From NCBI GenBank assembly GCA_963813495.1, contig CAWEZC010000004.1:80483-144482 (forward strand): DNA of 64,000 nt. Reading direction: 5' to 3'. The notes beneath the pieces were generated by a model. That model was not told the DNA's origin and made no database searches. It saw only the letters and a list, made by a program, of their open reading frames with translations. Positions within the stretch are counted from its first letter, which is position 1. The number at the start of each line of letters is the position of its first letter. Positions 9,337 through 18,057 of the stretch are shown piece after piece. Both the position numbers and the translations under genes were made by a program. Source of the DNA: an uncultured Thermoleophilaceae bacterium. Its GTDB lineage: Bacteria > Actinomycetota > Thermoleophilia > Solirubrobacterales > Thermoleophilaceae.

Positions 9337-10785
9337 ATGACGACGTTCGCCGAACTCGGCCTGTCCGAGCCGACCCTGCAATCGCTGGCCCATCTGGGCT
9401 ACGAGCGCCCCACTCCGATCCAGGAGCAGACGATTCCGCTTTTGCTCCAGGGCCGGGACGTGATCGGCCAGGCCCAGACCGGCACCGGCAAGACCGCCGC
9501 CTTCGGTCTGCCGATGATCGACTACGTCGACCCGGACGATCCGAGCGTCCAGGCGCTTGTCCTCACGCCCACCCGCGAGCTCTGCATTCAGGTCACCCAG
9601 GCGCTGCGCGCCTACGGCCAGCAGCGCGGCATCGACGTGGTGGCCGTCTTCGGCGGCGCACCCATTCGCGATCAGGCCACGCGCCTCAAGGAGGCCCAGA
9701 TCGTGGTGGGCACCGTGGGCCGGGTGATGGACATGATCGGCCGCCACCACCTGTTCCTCGACCAGGCCCGCTACGTGGTGCTCGACGAGGCCGACGAGAT
9801 GCTCGACCTGGGCTTCCTCGAAGACGTCGAGGAGATCCTGCGCCGCGCTCCGATGGGGCGTCAGACCGCCCTCTTCAGCGCCACCGTACCGACCCCTATC
9901 CGCCGCTTGGCCGACACCTTCATGCACGACCCGGAGGAGATCCAGGTCCGCGCGGCCACGCTGACGATCGACACCGTCGATCACTTCTACGTCGAGGTGC
10001 CCGACCGCGACAAGCCGGGTGCCCTGGTTCACGTGCTCAAGGCCGAGCGGCCCGAGCAGGCGATCGTGTTCGTGCGCACCAAGATCGGGGTCGATCGCCT
10101 GGCCCGCCGCCTCGGCGACGCCGGCGTGCGCGTCAAGACGCTCCACGGAGACATGACCCAGGGGCAGCGCGACGGCGTGATGATTGCCTTCAAGGGCGGG
10201 CGCGAACGGCTGCTGGTGGCCACCGACGTGGCCGCGCGCGGACTCGACATCACCGGCGTCAGCCACGTGGTCAACTACGACGTTCCCAACTCGCCCGACG
10301 TGTACGTGCATCGCATCGGCCGCACCGGCCGGGCCGGCGACTCGGGGCGGGCCATCACGCTGATAACCCCCAAGCAGCGCAGCGATCTCGAGGCCATCGA
10401 GCGTCACGCGAAGACGGACATCGAGAAGTGGCAGGGCGCCAACGGAGGCGAGCCGCGCCAGCCGCGCCGTGAGCGGCCCGAGCCGCGCGAGCGCCGCGAG
10501 ACACGCCGGCCGCGGCACACCAAGCCGCACAGCCGCGACGGCGTGCCCTACGCGAAGCTGATCGTCGGCGCCGGGCGTACGAGTGAGATCGAGCCGGCCG
10601 ACGTGGTGGGCGCGGTGGTCGACAACAGCCACCTGGAGAACGACGACGTGCGCAACGTGCGGGTGCTGGAGCGCTTCAGCTTCGTGGAGGTGCCGGCCGC
10701 GCGGGCGCAGGAGGTCGCAGACAAGGTGAGCGGCAATCGAGTCCGGGGCACCGAGCTCCGGGTGGAGGTGACCAACAGGCGATGA
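9337..10785 (+). CDS. DEAD-box ATP-dependent RNA helicase with DbpA-like C-terminal domain
   Basis: 'AQTGTGKT', 'VLDEADEML', 'FSATVP' and 'HRIGRTGRAG', then an Arg-rich linker and a C-terminal RNA-binding-like domain. Confidence 0.95.
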   Translation: MTTFAELGLSEPTLQSLAHLGYERPTPIQEQTIPLLLQGRDVIGQAQTGTGKTAAFGLPMIDYVDPDDPSVQALVLTPTRELCIQVTQALRAYGQQRGIDVVAVFGGAPIRDQATRLKEAQIVVGTVGRVMDMIGRHHLFLDQARYVVLDEADEMLDLGFLEDVEEILRRAPMGRQTALFSATVPTPIRRLADTFMHDPEEIQVRAATLTIDTVDHFYVEVPDRDKPGALVHVLKAERPEQAIVFVRTKIGVDRLARRLGDAGVRVKTLHGDMTQGQRDGVMIAFKGGRERLLVATDVAARGLDITGVSHVVNYDVPNSPDVYVHRIGRTGRAGDSGRAITLITPKQRSDLEAIERHAKTDIEKWQGANGGEPRQPRRERPEPRERRETRRPRHTKPHSRDGVPYAKLIVGAGRTSEIEPADVVGAVVDNSHLENDDVRNVRVLERFSFVEVPAARAQEVADKVSGNRVRGTELRVEVTNRR

Positions 10786-11243
10786 GCCGGCTGACGATGC
10801 ACACCAACCATGGCCCGATCGAGCTCGAGCTGTTCGAGGTGGACGCCCCGAAGACCGTCGAGAACTTCGTCAAGCTGTCCCGCGACGGCTACTACGACGG
10901 GTTGATCTTCCACCGCGTGATCACCGACTTCATGGTCCAGGGGGGCTGCCCGCTCGGTACCGGGACCGGCGGACCAGGCTATGAGTTCGAGGACGAGTTC
11001 AACGACAACAAGATTGTTCGTGGCGCTCTCGCGATGGCCAACCGCGGTCCCGACACCAACGGCAGCCAGTTCTTCATCGTGACCACCGACGCCGCTCCCT
11101 GGCTCGACGGCAAGCACACGGTGTTCGGCCGCGTGGCCTCGGGCATGGACGCCGTGGACGCGATCGAGGGGCTCGAGACCGGGCCCGGCGACCGTCCGGT
11201 GGATGACGCGAAGATCGACCGCATGGAGGTCCATGCGGATTGA
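10782..11243 (+). CDS. cyclophilin-type peptidyl-prolyl cis-trans isomerase
   Basis: 'FHRVITDFMVQGG', 'GPDTNGSQFFI' and 'LDGKHTVFGRV'. ATGA overlap with the helicase stop. Confidence 0.95.
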   Translation: MSRLTMHTNHGPIELELFEVDAPKTVENFVKLSRDGYYDGLIFHRVITDFMVQGGCPLGTGTGGPGYEFEDEFNDNKIVRGALAMANRGPDTNGSQFFIVTTDAAPWLDGKHTVFGRVASGMDAVDAIEGLETGPGDRPVDDAKIDRMEVHAD

Positions 11244-11553
11244 GCTCTTGTGGTGGGAGGGCTGTCCCTCACATCCCGAGGCGCTCGACGAGCTGCGCAG
11301 GGTGCTGGTCGAGGAGGGGCTCGACCCGGCCGCCGTGGAGTTGCGCGAGATCGAGACCGATGCGCAGGCCGCGCGCGAGAGCTTTCCCGGCTCTCCGACG
11401 ATCCTCGTCGACGGCCGCGACGTGGTTCCGAGCGAGGGAGCTCCGGCCTCGTTGACCTGCCGTATCTACCGGCTGCGCGACGGCCGGCCGTCGGCGACCC
11501 CCGATCCCGAGGACGTTCGCGCGGCGGTCCAATCAGCCAAGGAGGAAAGATGA
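11233..11553 (+). CDS. small thioredoxin-fold-like protein (CPxH motif)
   Basis: In-frame ATG at 11233. 'ELLWWEGCPSH' near the N-terminus and 'PGSPTILVDG' (cis-Pro-loop-like). Overlaps both neighbours. Confidence 0.55.
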   Translation: MRIELLWWEGCPSHPEALDELRRVLVEEGLDPAAVELREIETDAQAARESFPGSPTILVDGRDVVPSEGAPASLTCRIYRLRDGRPSATPDPEDVRAAVQSAKEER

Positions 11554-12068
11554 CCGCGATAGGTGCCACCGCACCCGAGTTCAGCCTGCCCGACACCGAC
11601 GGCAACGAGCACGCGCTCGCGCCCGGTGCCGACGGCCTGACCGCCGTCGTGTTCACATGCAATCACTGCCCCTATGCGCTGGCCTGGCATGAGCGCCTCG
11701 CCGACGCCGCCCGTGACTACGGTGACGTGCGCTTCCTGGCCATCAACCCCAACGATTCCGAGCGCTACCCCGGCGACTCCCTCGAGGCGATGCAGGAACG
11801 GGTGGCCGGCGAGGACTGGCCGATGCCCTACCTGCGCGACGAGAGCCAGGAGGTGGCGCGCGCCTTCGGGGCCAAGACCACGCCCGACGTCTTCGTGATC
11901 GACGCTGACGGCCGGATCCGCTACCGCGGCGCGCCGGACGCCGACCATCGCGACCCGAGCCTCAACGCCGCCTGGCTGCGCGAGGCCCTCGACGCCCTGC
12001 GAGCCGGCGAGGAGCCCGGGCGCCCCGAGACCGATCCGGTGGGTTGCAGCGTCAAGTGGAAGGGGTGA
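11550..12068 (+). CDS. thioredoxin-fold thiol-disulfide oxidoreductase (redoxin/AhpC-TSA-like)
   Basis: ATG at 11550 forms an ATGA overlap with the upstream stop and follows GGAGGAAAG. 'FTCNHCPY' is a CxxC motif. Confidence 0.85.
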   Translation: MTAIGATAPEFSLPDTDGNEHALAPGADGLTAVVFTCNHCPYALAWHERLADAARDYGDVRFLAINPNDSERYPGDSLEAMQERVAGEDWPMPYLRDESQEVARAFGAKTTPDVFVIDADGRIRYRGAPDADHRDPSLNAAWLREALDALRAGEEPGRPETDPVGCSVKWKG

Positions 12069-12114
12069 GGGACAACCCCTGCGCGCCCGGCCGAGCCGGG
12101 TGCTTGCGCCAGGC

Positions 12115-12780
12115 TCAGCGTCCGGTGATGGCGCGCACCGCGGTGTCGGTGTCGGCCAGATCGGCCAGGACCGCATCGGGCTCGGCGGCGCGCAGCTCCT
12201 CGACGTCGGAGAAGCCGGTGGCCACCGCCACGGCCCGCGCGCCGGCTTCGCGCGCGGCGCGGATGTCGAGCGGGGTGTCGCCGATCAGCACCGCTCCGGT
12301 GGGCTCGCCGTACTTGGCCGCCGCCCGTCTGCGGGCGATGTCCACCAGCTCGTAGCGCTCCTCGTGAGGATCGGAGCCGTAGGCGCCGACCTCGAAGTCG
12401 AGCCAGCGTTCGAGTCCGAACGCGCTCACCTTGAGCGCAGCATTCGCCGCGATGTTGCCGGTGAGCAGGGAGTTGATCACGTCGTCGCGGGCGTGCAGGG
12501 CGGCCAGCGCCTCCGGCACGCCGGGGTACGCCGCACCCTCGCTGGCGATCGCGTCACGGCGGGCGTCGAGTGCGGATTCGAGGTTCTCCAGGACGCTCGG
12601 CAGATGCTCCCGCTCGCCCTCCAGCATCGAGAGAGCGATCTGGTGATCGGTCTTGCCGGCGTAGGAAACCCGCTCGGGCGAACGGCCCGTCACCTGTTCG
12701 AAGGCCTCCTCGAAGGCGTAGCGGCCGTGGCTCGCGGTGTGCACGAGCGTCCCGTCGACATCCCAGAGAACGAGCAGCAC
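12115..12780 (-). CDS. HAD-superfamily hydrolase (phosphoglycolate phosphatase-like)
   Basis: 'LVLWDVDGTLV' (DxDGT motif I) and 'LIGDTPLDIRAA' (motif IV-like). Confidence 0.85.
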   Translation of the reverse strand: MLLVLWDVDGTLVHTASHGRYAFEEAFEQVTGRSPERVSYAGKTDHQIALSMLEGEREHLPSVLENLESALDARRDAIASEGAAYPGVPEALAALHARDDVINSLLTGNIAANAALKVSAFGLERWLDFEVGAYGSDPHEERYELVDIARRRAAAKYGEPTGAVLIGDTPLDIRAAREAGARAVAVATGFSDVEELRAAEPDAVLADLADTDTAVRAITGR

Positions 12781-12810
12781 GACCCCGAGACTGGCAGACT
12801 CCCCGGCCTC

Positions 12811-13170
12811 ATGTTCGATCGTCTGGCGATTCCCCCCAAGCTGGTCCTGCGGGCTCTCGACGACCTCAACCGGCTCGCCGACGGTGTCGGCCGCCTCACC
12901 GCAGGCGTCGACGGGCTCAACAGCCCCCGGGGCGGCGTGCCCGAGCTGATCGGGGCCGCCGTCGGCCTGTCGCGCTCCGAGGACGAGCTCTCCGCGAACA
13001 TCGGCCTGCTGCGCCGCGACATTCGCGCCCTCCAGGAGTGGCTACAGCCGCTCCACAGCGAGGTCACCGACCTGGACGAGACCGCCGAGCACCTCGAGCG
13101 CGGGCTCGCGCAGGTCAACGAGTCGATCGTCGGGCTGCAGACCCTGTTGAAGAAGCTGCCCGGCGTTTAG
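12811..13170 (+). CDS. hypothetical coiled-coil protein
   Basis: 119 aa from the in-frame ATG at 12811. Heptad-like Leu/Glu-rich sequence. The rest of ORF 12100..13170 is antisense to the HAD gene. Confidence 0.45.
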   Translation: MFDRLAIPPKLVLRALDDLNRLADGVGRLTAGVDGLNSPRGGVPELIGAAVGLSRSEDELSANIGLLRRDIRALQEWLQPLHSEVTDLDETAEHLERGLAQVNESIVGLQTLLKKLPGV

Positions 13171-13185
13171 CGCCCGGCGGGCCGT

Positions 13186-14259
13186 TCAGCCGGCGTGGGC
13201 GATCTGGCGCGCCTTCTCGGCCAGGGCGGGCACGCCCTCGTCGAACAGAGCCAGATAGGGATCGTCGGAGGCCCCCATCGAGAAGCGCTTGTAGTTGCCC
13301 TCCATGAACACTGCGGCCTTCCACAGCGCGAGCGCCTGGTACCAGTTGAGCGCAGACATCGAGCGCCCGCTGCGCTCCTCGTAGCGCTCGATCAGCTCGT
13401 CGCGGGTCATGAAGCCCTCGCCCCGGGTGGCGGCCGAGAGGCTGGCAAACGAGGTGTCGTCGGGATCGTCGGCCTGCGCCCAGGTGACGGTGAAGTAGCC
13501 GAGGTCGGCCAGCGGGTCGCCGATCGTCGACAGCTCCCAGTCGAAGATGGCCACCAGTCGCGCCGGCGGCTCGTCGGCCACCATCACGTTGCCGAGCCGG
13601 TAGTCGCCGTGGACGATGGTCGAGGCAGGCGAGTCGGGCACGTTGGCCGCGAGCCAGTCACGCACCTCCTCGACGATGGCCAGCTCGCGCGTCTTGTTGT
13701 GCTCCCAGAGTCCGGTGAAGCGGCGCAACTGGCGCTCGAGGTAGCCGGTGGGCTTGCCGTAGCCCTCGAGCCCACAGGCCTGCCAGTCCACGGCGTGGAC
13801 CTCGGCCAGCCGGTCGACGAGCTCCTCGCACAGGCGCCGGCATTCCTGCGGGTTGTCGAGTGCCGCGGGGATGCCCGTGGTGATCACGCTGCCGTGGATC
13901 TCCTCCATCACGTAGAAGGGCACGCCCAGGACCGAGTCGTCGCCGCTGCTGGCCAGCACGGAGGGGACGCGCACCGGCGTGCTCTCGAGAGCTCGCAGCA
14001 GCCGGGCCTCGCGCAGCACGTCATGGGCCGAGGGAGGCAGCGGGGGGCGCGGCGGGCGACGCAGCACCACGCGGGCTCCTGCGCGGGTGACCAGGAAGGT
14101 GACGTTCGAGTGGCCCTCGCCGATGCGCTCCACCTCGATGCGTCCCGAGCCGATGCCGTGACTGTCGAGGAAGGCTTCGAGCGGCTCGCGCACCACCAGC
14201 GGGGGGAGCTCGAGCTCCGCCGCCTCGCGCGGCGTGTCGACGACATCGGGGGCGCTCAT
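13186..14259 (-). CDS. phosphotransferase-family kinase (APH / acyl-CoA-dehydrogenase-associated type)
   Basis: 'IVHGDYRLGNVMV' and 'AIFDWELSTIGDPLADL' form the Brenner/APH catalytic loop. The ATG at 14259 is preferred because a divergent gene starts at 14299. Confidence 0.85.
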   Translation of the reverse strand: MSAPDVVDTPREAAELELPPLVVREPLEAFLDSHGIGSGRIEVERIGEGHSNVTFLVTRAGARVVLRRPPRPPLPPSAHDVLREARLLRALESTPVRVPSVLASSGDDSVLGVPFYVMEEIHGSVITTGIPAALDNPQECRRLCEELVDRLAEVHAVDWQACGLEGYGKPTGYLERQLRRFTGLWEHNKTRELAIVEEVRDWLAANVPDSPASTIVHGDYRLGNVMVADEPPARLVAIFDWELSTIGDPLADLGYFTVTWAQADDPDDTSFASLSAATRGEGFMTRDELIERYEERSGRSMSALNWYQALALWKAAVFMEGNYKRFSMGASDDPYLALFDEGVPALAEKARQIAHAG

Positions 14260-14298
14260 GGCGGGCGGGATCCTATGGGCGTGTCTAGAGTGCCGCTC

Positions 14299-14904
14299 AT
14301 GCGACCCCAACGGCTACTGATTCCGCTTGCCCTCCTGACCCCGCCGGCGCTGGCCGCGCCGGCCATGGCCGCCGACATCGGTGTCAGCGTGACGGACTAC
14401 GAGTACACGGCCAAGGAAGTCAAGATCGCTCCCGGGGACACCGTGACCTGGAGCTTCGACGCAGGGTTCCACACGTCCACGAGCGACTCCGGTCAAGCCG
14501 AGGCGTGGGACTCTGGGCCGGCCACGAGCCCGCCGGGAACCACCTACCAGAAGGCCTTCACCAGACCCGGCCGATTCACGTATTACTGCATCCCGCACGA
14601 GTCCTTCCCCATGCGGGGCACGGTCGTCGTCGGCAGCGACGAGTTCCCCAAGTCCCAGTCGAAGTTCAAGCTGGTGCGCAAGGGCAAGAAGATCACCGTC
14701 TCCTTCACGCTGGTGGAAAGCGCCAAGGTGGTGGCGAAGCTGAAGGGGCCCAGCGACAAGAAGGCCACCCGCAAACGGCTCGCGCCCGGGCGCTACTCGA
14801 TCCCGTTCAAGAAGCTCAAGAGGGGCAAGTACACGTCGACGGTGACCTTCACCGACGACTTCGACAAGGTGACGAAGGTCAAGAAGACCGCCGTCGTTCG
14901 CTGA
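14299..14904 (+). CDS. secreted type-1 copper (plastocyanin/azurin-like) protein with a Lys-rich C-terminal domain
   Basis: Signal peptide 'LLIPLALLTPPALAAPAMA'. 'GFHTS' and 'YYCIPHESFPM' supply the H...C-x2-H-x4-M copper ligands. Confidence 0.85.
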   Translation: MRPQRLLIPLALLTPPALAAPAMAADIGVSVTDYEYTAKEVKIAPGDTVTWSFDAGFHTSTSDSGQAEAWDSGPATSPPGTTYQKAFTRPGRFTYYCIPHESFPMRGTVVVGSDEFPKSQSKFKLVRKGKKITVSFTLVESAKVVAKLKGPSDKKATRKRLAPGRYSIPFKKLKRGKYTSTVTFTDDFDKVTKVKKTAVVR

Positions 14905-14966
14905 GCGCGGCCACCGCCGAGTCCACGAACAAGGGCGAGGCCGTCGAGCGCTGCCATCCACGAACA

Positions 14967-15128
14967 TCACCGCACCCTCGCGGGGCGCCGACCAGGTCGA
15001 CCAGCGTGCGCCGCCACCGGAGAGTCGGTATGGGTGAGCCCCGAGAGCACCTCCTCGGTGATCGACTCGGCCACCTCGCGAGCCACCGCGGCGACCAGGC
15101 CCTGCTTCGAGCCGAAGTGGTAGGCGAT
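14967..15128 (-). pseudogene. TetR-family regulator remnant (N-terminal HTH missing, frame decays)
   Basis: The minus strand reads 'IAYHFGSKQGLVAAVAREVAESITEEVL', which is the end of a TetR HTH. A TGA lies two codons upstream. Downstream sense continues only in other frames ('TLVDLVGAPRG'). It abuts the MFS start at 15164. Confidence 0.45.
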
Positions 15129-15163
15129 CGTTCAGTTGTTACGAGCTGTGCCACCCTGGCGCG

Positions 15164-16405
15164 ATGCTTCGCGTCCTGCGTCACCGCGACTTCGGGCTGC
15201 TCTGGGCAGGCCAGGCCGTGTCGCTCGTGGGCGACGGCATCTACCTCGTGGCGATCGCCTGGCTGGTGCTCGACATCTCCAACGAGCCCAGCGCGCTGGC
15301 CCTGGTTGGGCTGGCCTGGACGCTGCCGATGGTGGCCGCGCTGCTGGTCGGCGGCCTGTTGAGTGACCGCTTCGAGCGCCGCCGCCTCATGATCATCGCC
15401 GACCTGCTCCGGTGCGCCGCGATCGCCGCGATCGCCGTCCTGGCGCTCGCCGAGACCGCGGAGCTGTGGCATGTGATCGTGCTCGTGGTCTTCTACGGCA
15501 TCGGCGAGGCGCTGTTCCAGCCGGCCTTCTCCGCGATCGTCCCTGACGTGGTCCCGCGCGACGACCTGCTCCAGGCCAACGCCGTGCGTGAGCTGATGGA
15601 GCCGCTCGGCCTGCGCTTCGCCGGGCCCGCACTGGGCGGGCTGCTGATCGCAGTCTTCGGCGTGGGCGAGGCGCTCGCGGTGGACGCAGCGACGTTCGCG
15701 GTGTCGGCCGGCGTGGTCGCGCTCATCGCGCGGCAGCCGGCCGTGCGCGAGGAGCCCGGCTCCATGCGCAGGGACCTCGCCGAGGCCTTCGCCTACGTGC
15801 GGGCCCACGCCTGGTTGTGGGGGACGCTCACCGGAGCCGCCCTGTTCCTGCTCGTGACCTACGGGCCGATGGAGGTACTGCTGCCCTACATCATCAAGAA
15901 CGAGCTCGATGGCGGCGCCGGCACCTTCGGCACCGTGCTCGCCGTCGGCGGGCTCGGCTCGATCACCGCGGCGCTGATCATCAGCCGCACCGGCCTGCCC
16001 CGCCGGCACGTGACCTTCATGTGGTCGGCCTGGGCCGTTGCGGTCGGCCTCGACATCGGCCTTGCTTTCGCCGGGGCCTCCTGGCAGATGTGCGTGATTG
16101 CCTTCTTCTCCTTCGCGTTGGCCACCGCCGGCATGCTGGTCTGGGCCCAGCTGATGTACACGCTCGTGCCGCAGGAGATGCTCGGCCGGGTCTCGAGCCT
16201 CGACTGGTTCGTCTCCATCGGCTTGACGCCGGTGTCGTTCGCGCTCACCGGGCCGGTGGCCGAGTGGCTGGGCGCGAGAGCCACCCTGGCCGCGGCGGGC
16301 GTGCTCGGCCTCGCCACCTTCGGCTTCCTCTTCATTCCGGGGGTTCGCGACCCCGAGCGCCTGCCGTTGCCGGGGACCCGCGCCCAGGTAGGGTCGGCCT
16401 CGTGA
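15164..16405 (+). CDS. MFS transporter (EntS / MFS_3-like)
   Basis: 413 aa and multi-TM. N-terminus 'LRHRDFGLLWAGQAVSLVGDGIYLVAIAWLVL' is typical of this MFS subfamily. Confidence 0.9.
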   Translation: MLRVLRHRDFGLLWAGQAVSLVGDGIYLVAIAWLVLDISNEPSALALVGLAWTLPMVAALLVGGLLSDRFERRRLMIIADLLRCAAIAAIAVLALAETAELWHVIVLVVFYGIGEALFQPAFSAIVPDVVPRDDLLQANAVRELMEPLGLRFAGPALGGLLIAVFGVGEALAVDAATFAVSAGVVALIARQPAVREEPGSMRRDLAEAFAYVRAHAWLWGTLTGAALFLLVTYGPMEVLLPYIIKNELDGGAGTFGTVLAVGGLGSITAALIISRTGLPRRHVTFMWSAWAVAVGLDIGLAFAGASWQMCVIAFFSFALATAGMLVWAQLMYTLVPQEMLGRVSSLDWFVSIGLTPVSFALTGPVAEWLGARATLAAAGVLGLATFGFLFIPGVRDPERLPLPGTRAQVGSAS

Positions 16406-17583
16406 AGACCGGAATGGTGGTGCTCACGCTCGTAGGCGCGCTGTTGCTGGTGGCGGCCGCTCCGGCGAGCGCGCGCGATCCCGGCCGCTGGAAGCTCAGC
16501 GGCTGGAGCACGGTGCCCAACTCCTACTGGCAAGGAGTGACGTCGTCGGGACCCGGCAGGCGCCTCTACTTCAGCGGCTTCCGGGAAGGCCTCTACAAGA
16601 CCCGCGCGGACCTGGTGCAGACGGTTGGCCTCGATCTGGCCATCCCGCGCGCCGTGGCCGCGCTCGAGGGGTACAACCACGTGGGTGACATCTCATGGGA
16701 TCGCGGTGAGGGCGGCCGCTTGTTGCTGCCGCTCGAGTGCTACACGCCCGGCGCCGCGAACGGCGGCAACACCTGCGGGACCGGAGCGATCGGCGTGTCC
16801 GATCCCTCGGTGCTGGCTTTCCGCTACTACGTCAAGCTCGACCCGGCACAGATCGCCAAGGCGATGTGGGTCGAGTCCTCGCCGGACGGCAAGCTGCTCT
16901 GGACCTCGAGCGGCTCCGACCTCCTGGCCTATCGCGCCGCCGACGTCAACCCCGCCAACGCCGCGCCGTCCGGGCCGCCCATCCGGGCGGTGCGCCGACT
17001 CGCGGCTGCCGTGCCGCCCACCGGCGTCACGGGCTCGGCTTTCCGGGGCGGGCGCCTGTTCCTCGCGGGCGCCACGGGCAGCGACTACCAGGTCTGGTCG
17101 GTCGACGTGAAGACCGGCGCCAGGCGCCTCGAGCTCGAGCTGAACGGAGTCGCGGGCGAAGCCGAGGGTCTGCACACCATGAGTCTCCTCAACGGAGAGC
17201 TGCACTGGCTGATCGCGCCGCTGGCCGCCCAGCCCAGCTTCGGGCCGACGGTGGGCCTTCTGCACTTCGTGCCGGCGCCCGGGCGGTCCGCGCTGAAGGT
17301 GAGGGCGCGCGCCGCCCCTGCCGCCGCCGGCCGGCCGCGCGTGTCGGTCCGCGTGACCCGCAACGGCACGGCCGTCAGGGGCGCCCGCGTGACCTTGGCG
17401 GAGGTGTCCGCGCGCACCGACGCCCGTGGGCGGGCGACGCTGAGGCCCGAGCTGCGAGTGCCGGGCACATACGGCGCGCTGGCCCGTAGCCGCGGCGCGC
17501 ACGGGATGTCCGAGCTGCTTGCCCTGGGCTACGCGGACCGCCCGGACAGAGCCGCGGGCGCATCCCTGGCGCCGCGGCGCTGA
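16402..17583 (+). CDS. secreted hypothetical protein (propeller-like body plus a CarboxypepD_reg-like C-terminal domain)
   Basis: GTG at 16402 overlaps the MFS stop (GTGA); an alternative ATG is at 16414. Signal peptide 'VVLTLVGALLLVAAAPASA'. C-terminus 'VSVRVTRNGTAVRGARVTLAEVSARTDARGRATL'. Confidence 0.6.
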   Translation: MKTGMVVLTLVGALLLVAAAPASARDPGRWKLSGWSTVPNSYWQGVTSSGPGRRLYFSGFREGLYKTRADLVQTVGLDLAIPRAVAALEGYNHVGDISWDRGEGGRLLLPLECYTPGAANGGNTCGTGAIGVSDPSVLAFRYYVKLDPAQIAKAMWVESSPDGKLLWTSSGSDLLAYRAADVNPANAAPSGPPIRAVRRLAAAVPPTGVTGSAFRGGRLFLAGATGSDYQVWSVDVKTGARRLELELNGVAGEAEGLHTMSLLNGELHWLIAPLAAQPSFGPTVGLLHFVPAPGRSALKVRARAAPAAAGRPRVSVRVTRNGTAVRGARVTLAEVSARTDARGRATLRPELRVPGTYGALARSRGAHGMSELLALGYADRPDRAAGASLAPRR

Positions 17584-17593
17584 GCGCGGGCGC

Positions 17594-18031
17594 TCAGCCG
17601 ATCTCGTCGACGTGGCGCACGTTGGCCACGTCATCGGCGTCGGCGCTCGCAGCCTCCTCGAACCAGCCGTCGAGGATCTCGGCGAGAAGCGCCTCGCTGG
17701 TGGTGCGCAGCGACAGCGCGAGCACGTTGGCGTCGTTCCAGCGGCGCGCGCCGCGGGCCGTCTCGGCATCGGTGCAGAGGGCGGCGCGGATCCCGGGGAC
17801 CTTGTTGGCCGCGATCGAGGCACCCGTTCCGGTCCAGCAGCAGACGATGCCCTGCTCGGCGCGGCCCTCGGCCACGTCACGTGCGGCGGCCTCGCTGGCC
17901 CAGGCCCAGTCGTCACGCTCCTGCGCGTCCAGCGCGCCGTGACCGACGGGCTCATGCCCGCGCCGGCGCAGCTCCTCCACCACCGTTGCGGCCACTCCCG
18001 TGAGCTCGTCCGCGGCCACCGCAATACGCAT
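17594..18031 (-). CDS. rpiB: ribose-5-phosphate isomerase B
   Basis: 145 aa. 'GIVCCWTGTGASIAANKVPGIRAAL' and 'NDANVLALS' match the RpiB/LacAB family. Confidence 0.9.
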   Translation of the reverse strand: MRIAVAADELTGVAATVVEELRRRGHEPVGHGALDAQERDDWAWASEAAARDVAEGRAEQGIVCCWTGTGASIAANKVPGIRAALCTDAETARGARRWNDANVLALSLRTTSEALLAEILDGWFEEAASADADDVANVRHVDEIG

Positions 18032-18057
18032 GTCGCGCAGCGTAGCCTTGGAAGGGC

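Noticed and set aside
17581-17596. Short GC palindromes at convergent gene junctions as intrinsic terminators. Examples: 'tgagcgcgggcgctca' at 17581..17596, 'cccgcggg' at about 4287..4294, and a 4-bp stem plus TCTTTTCG on the minus strand at about 4857..4877.
   Set aside because: The stems are only 4-7 bp with 2-3-nt loops. They are largely formed by the two facing stop codons, and they lack a convincing U-tract. This is too weak to call a feature.
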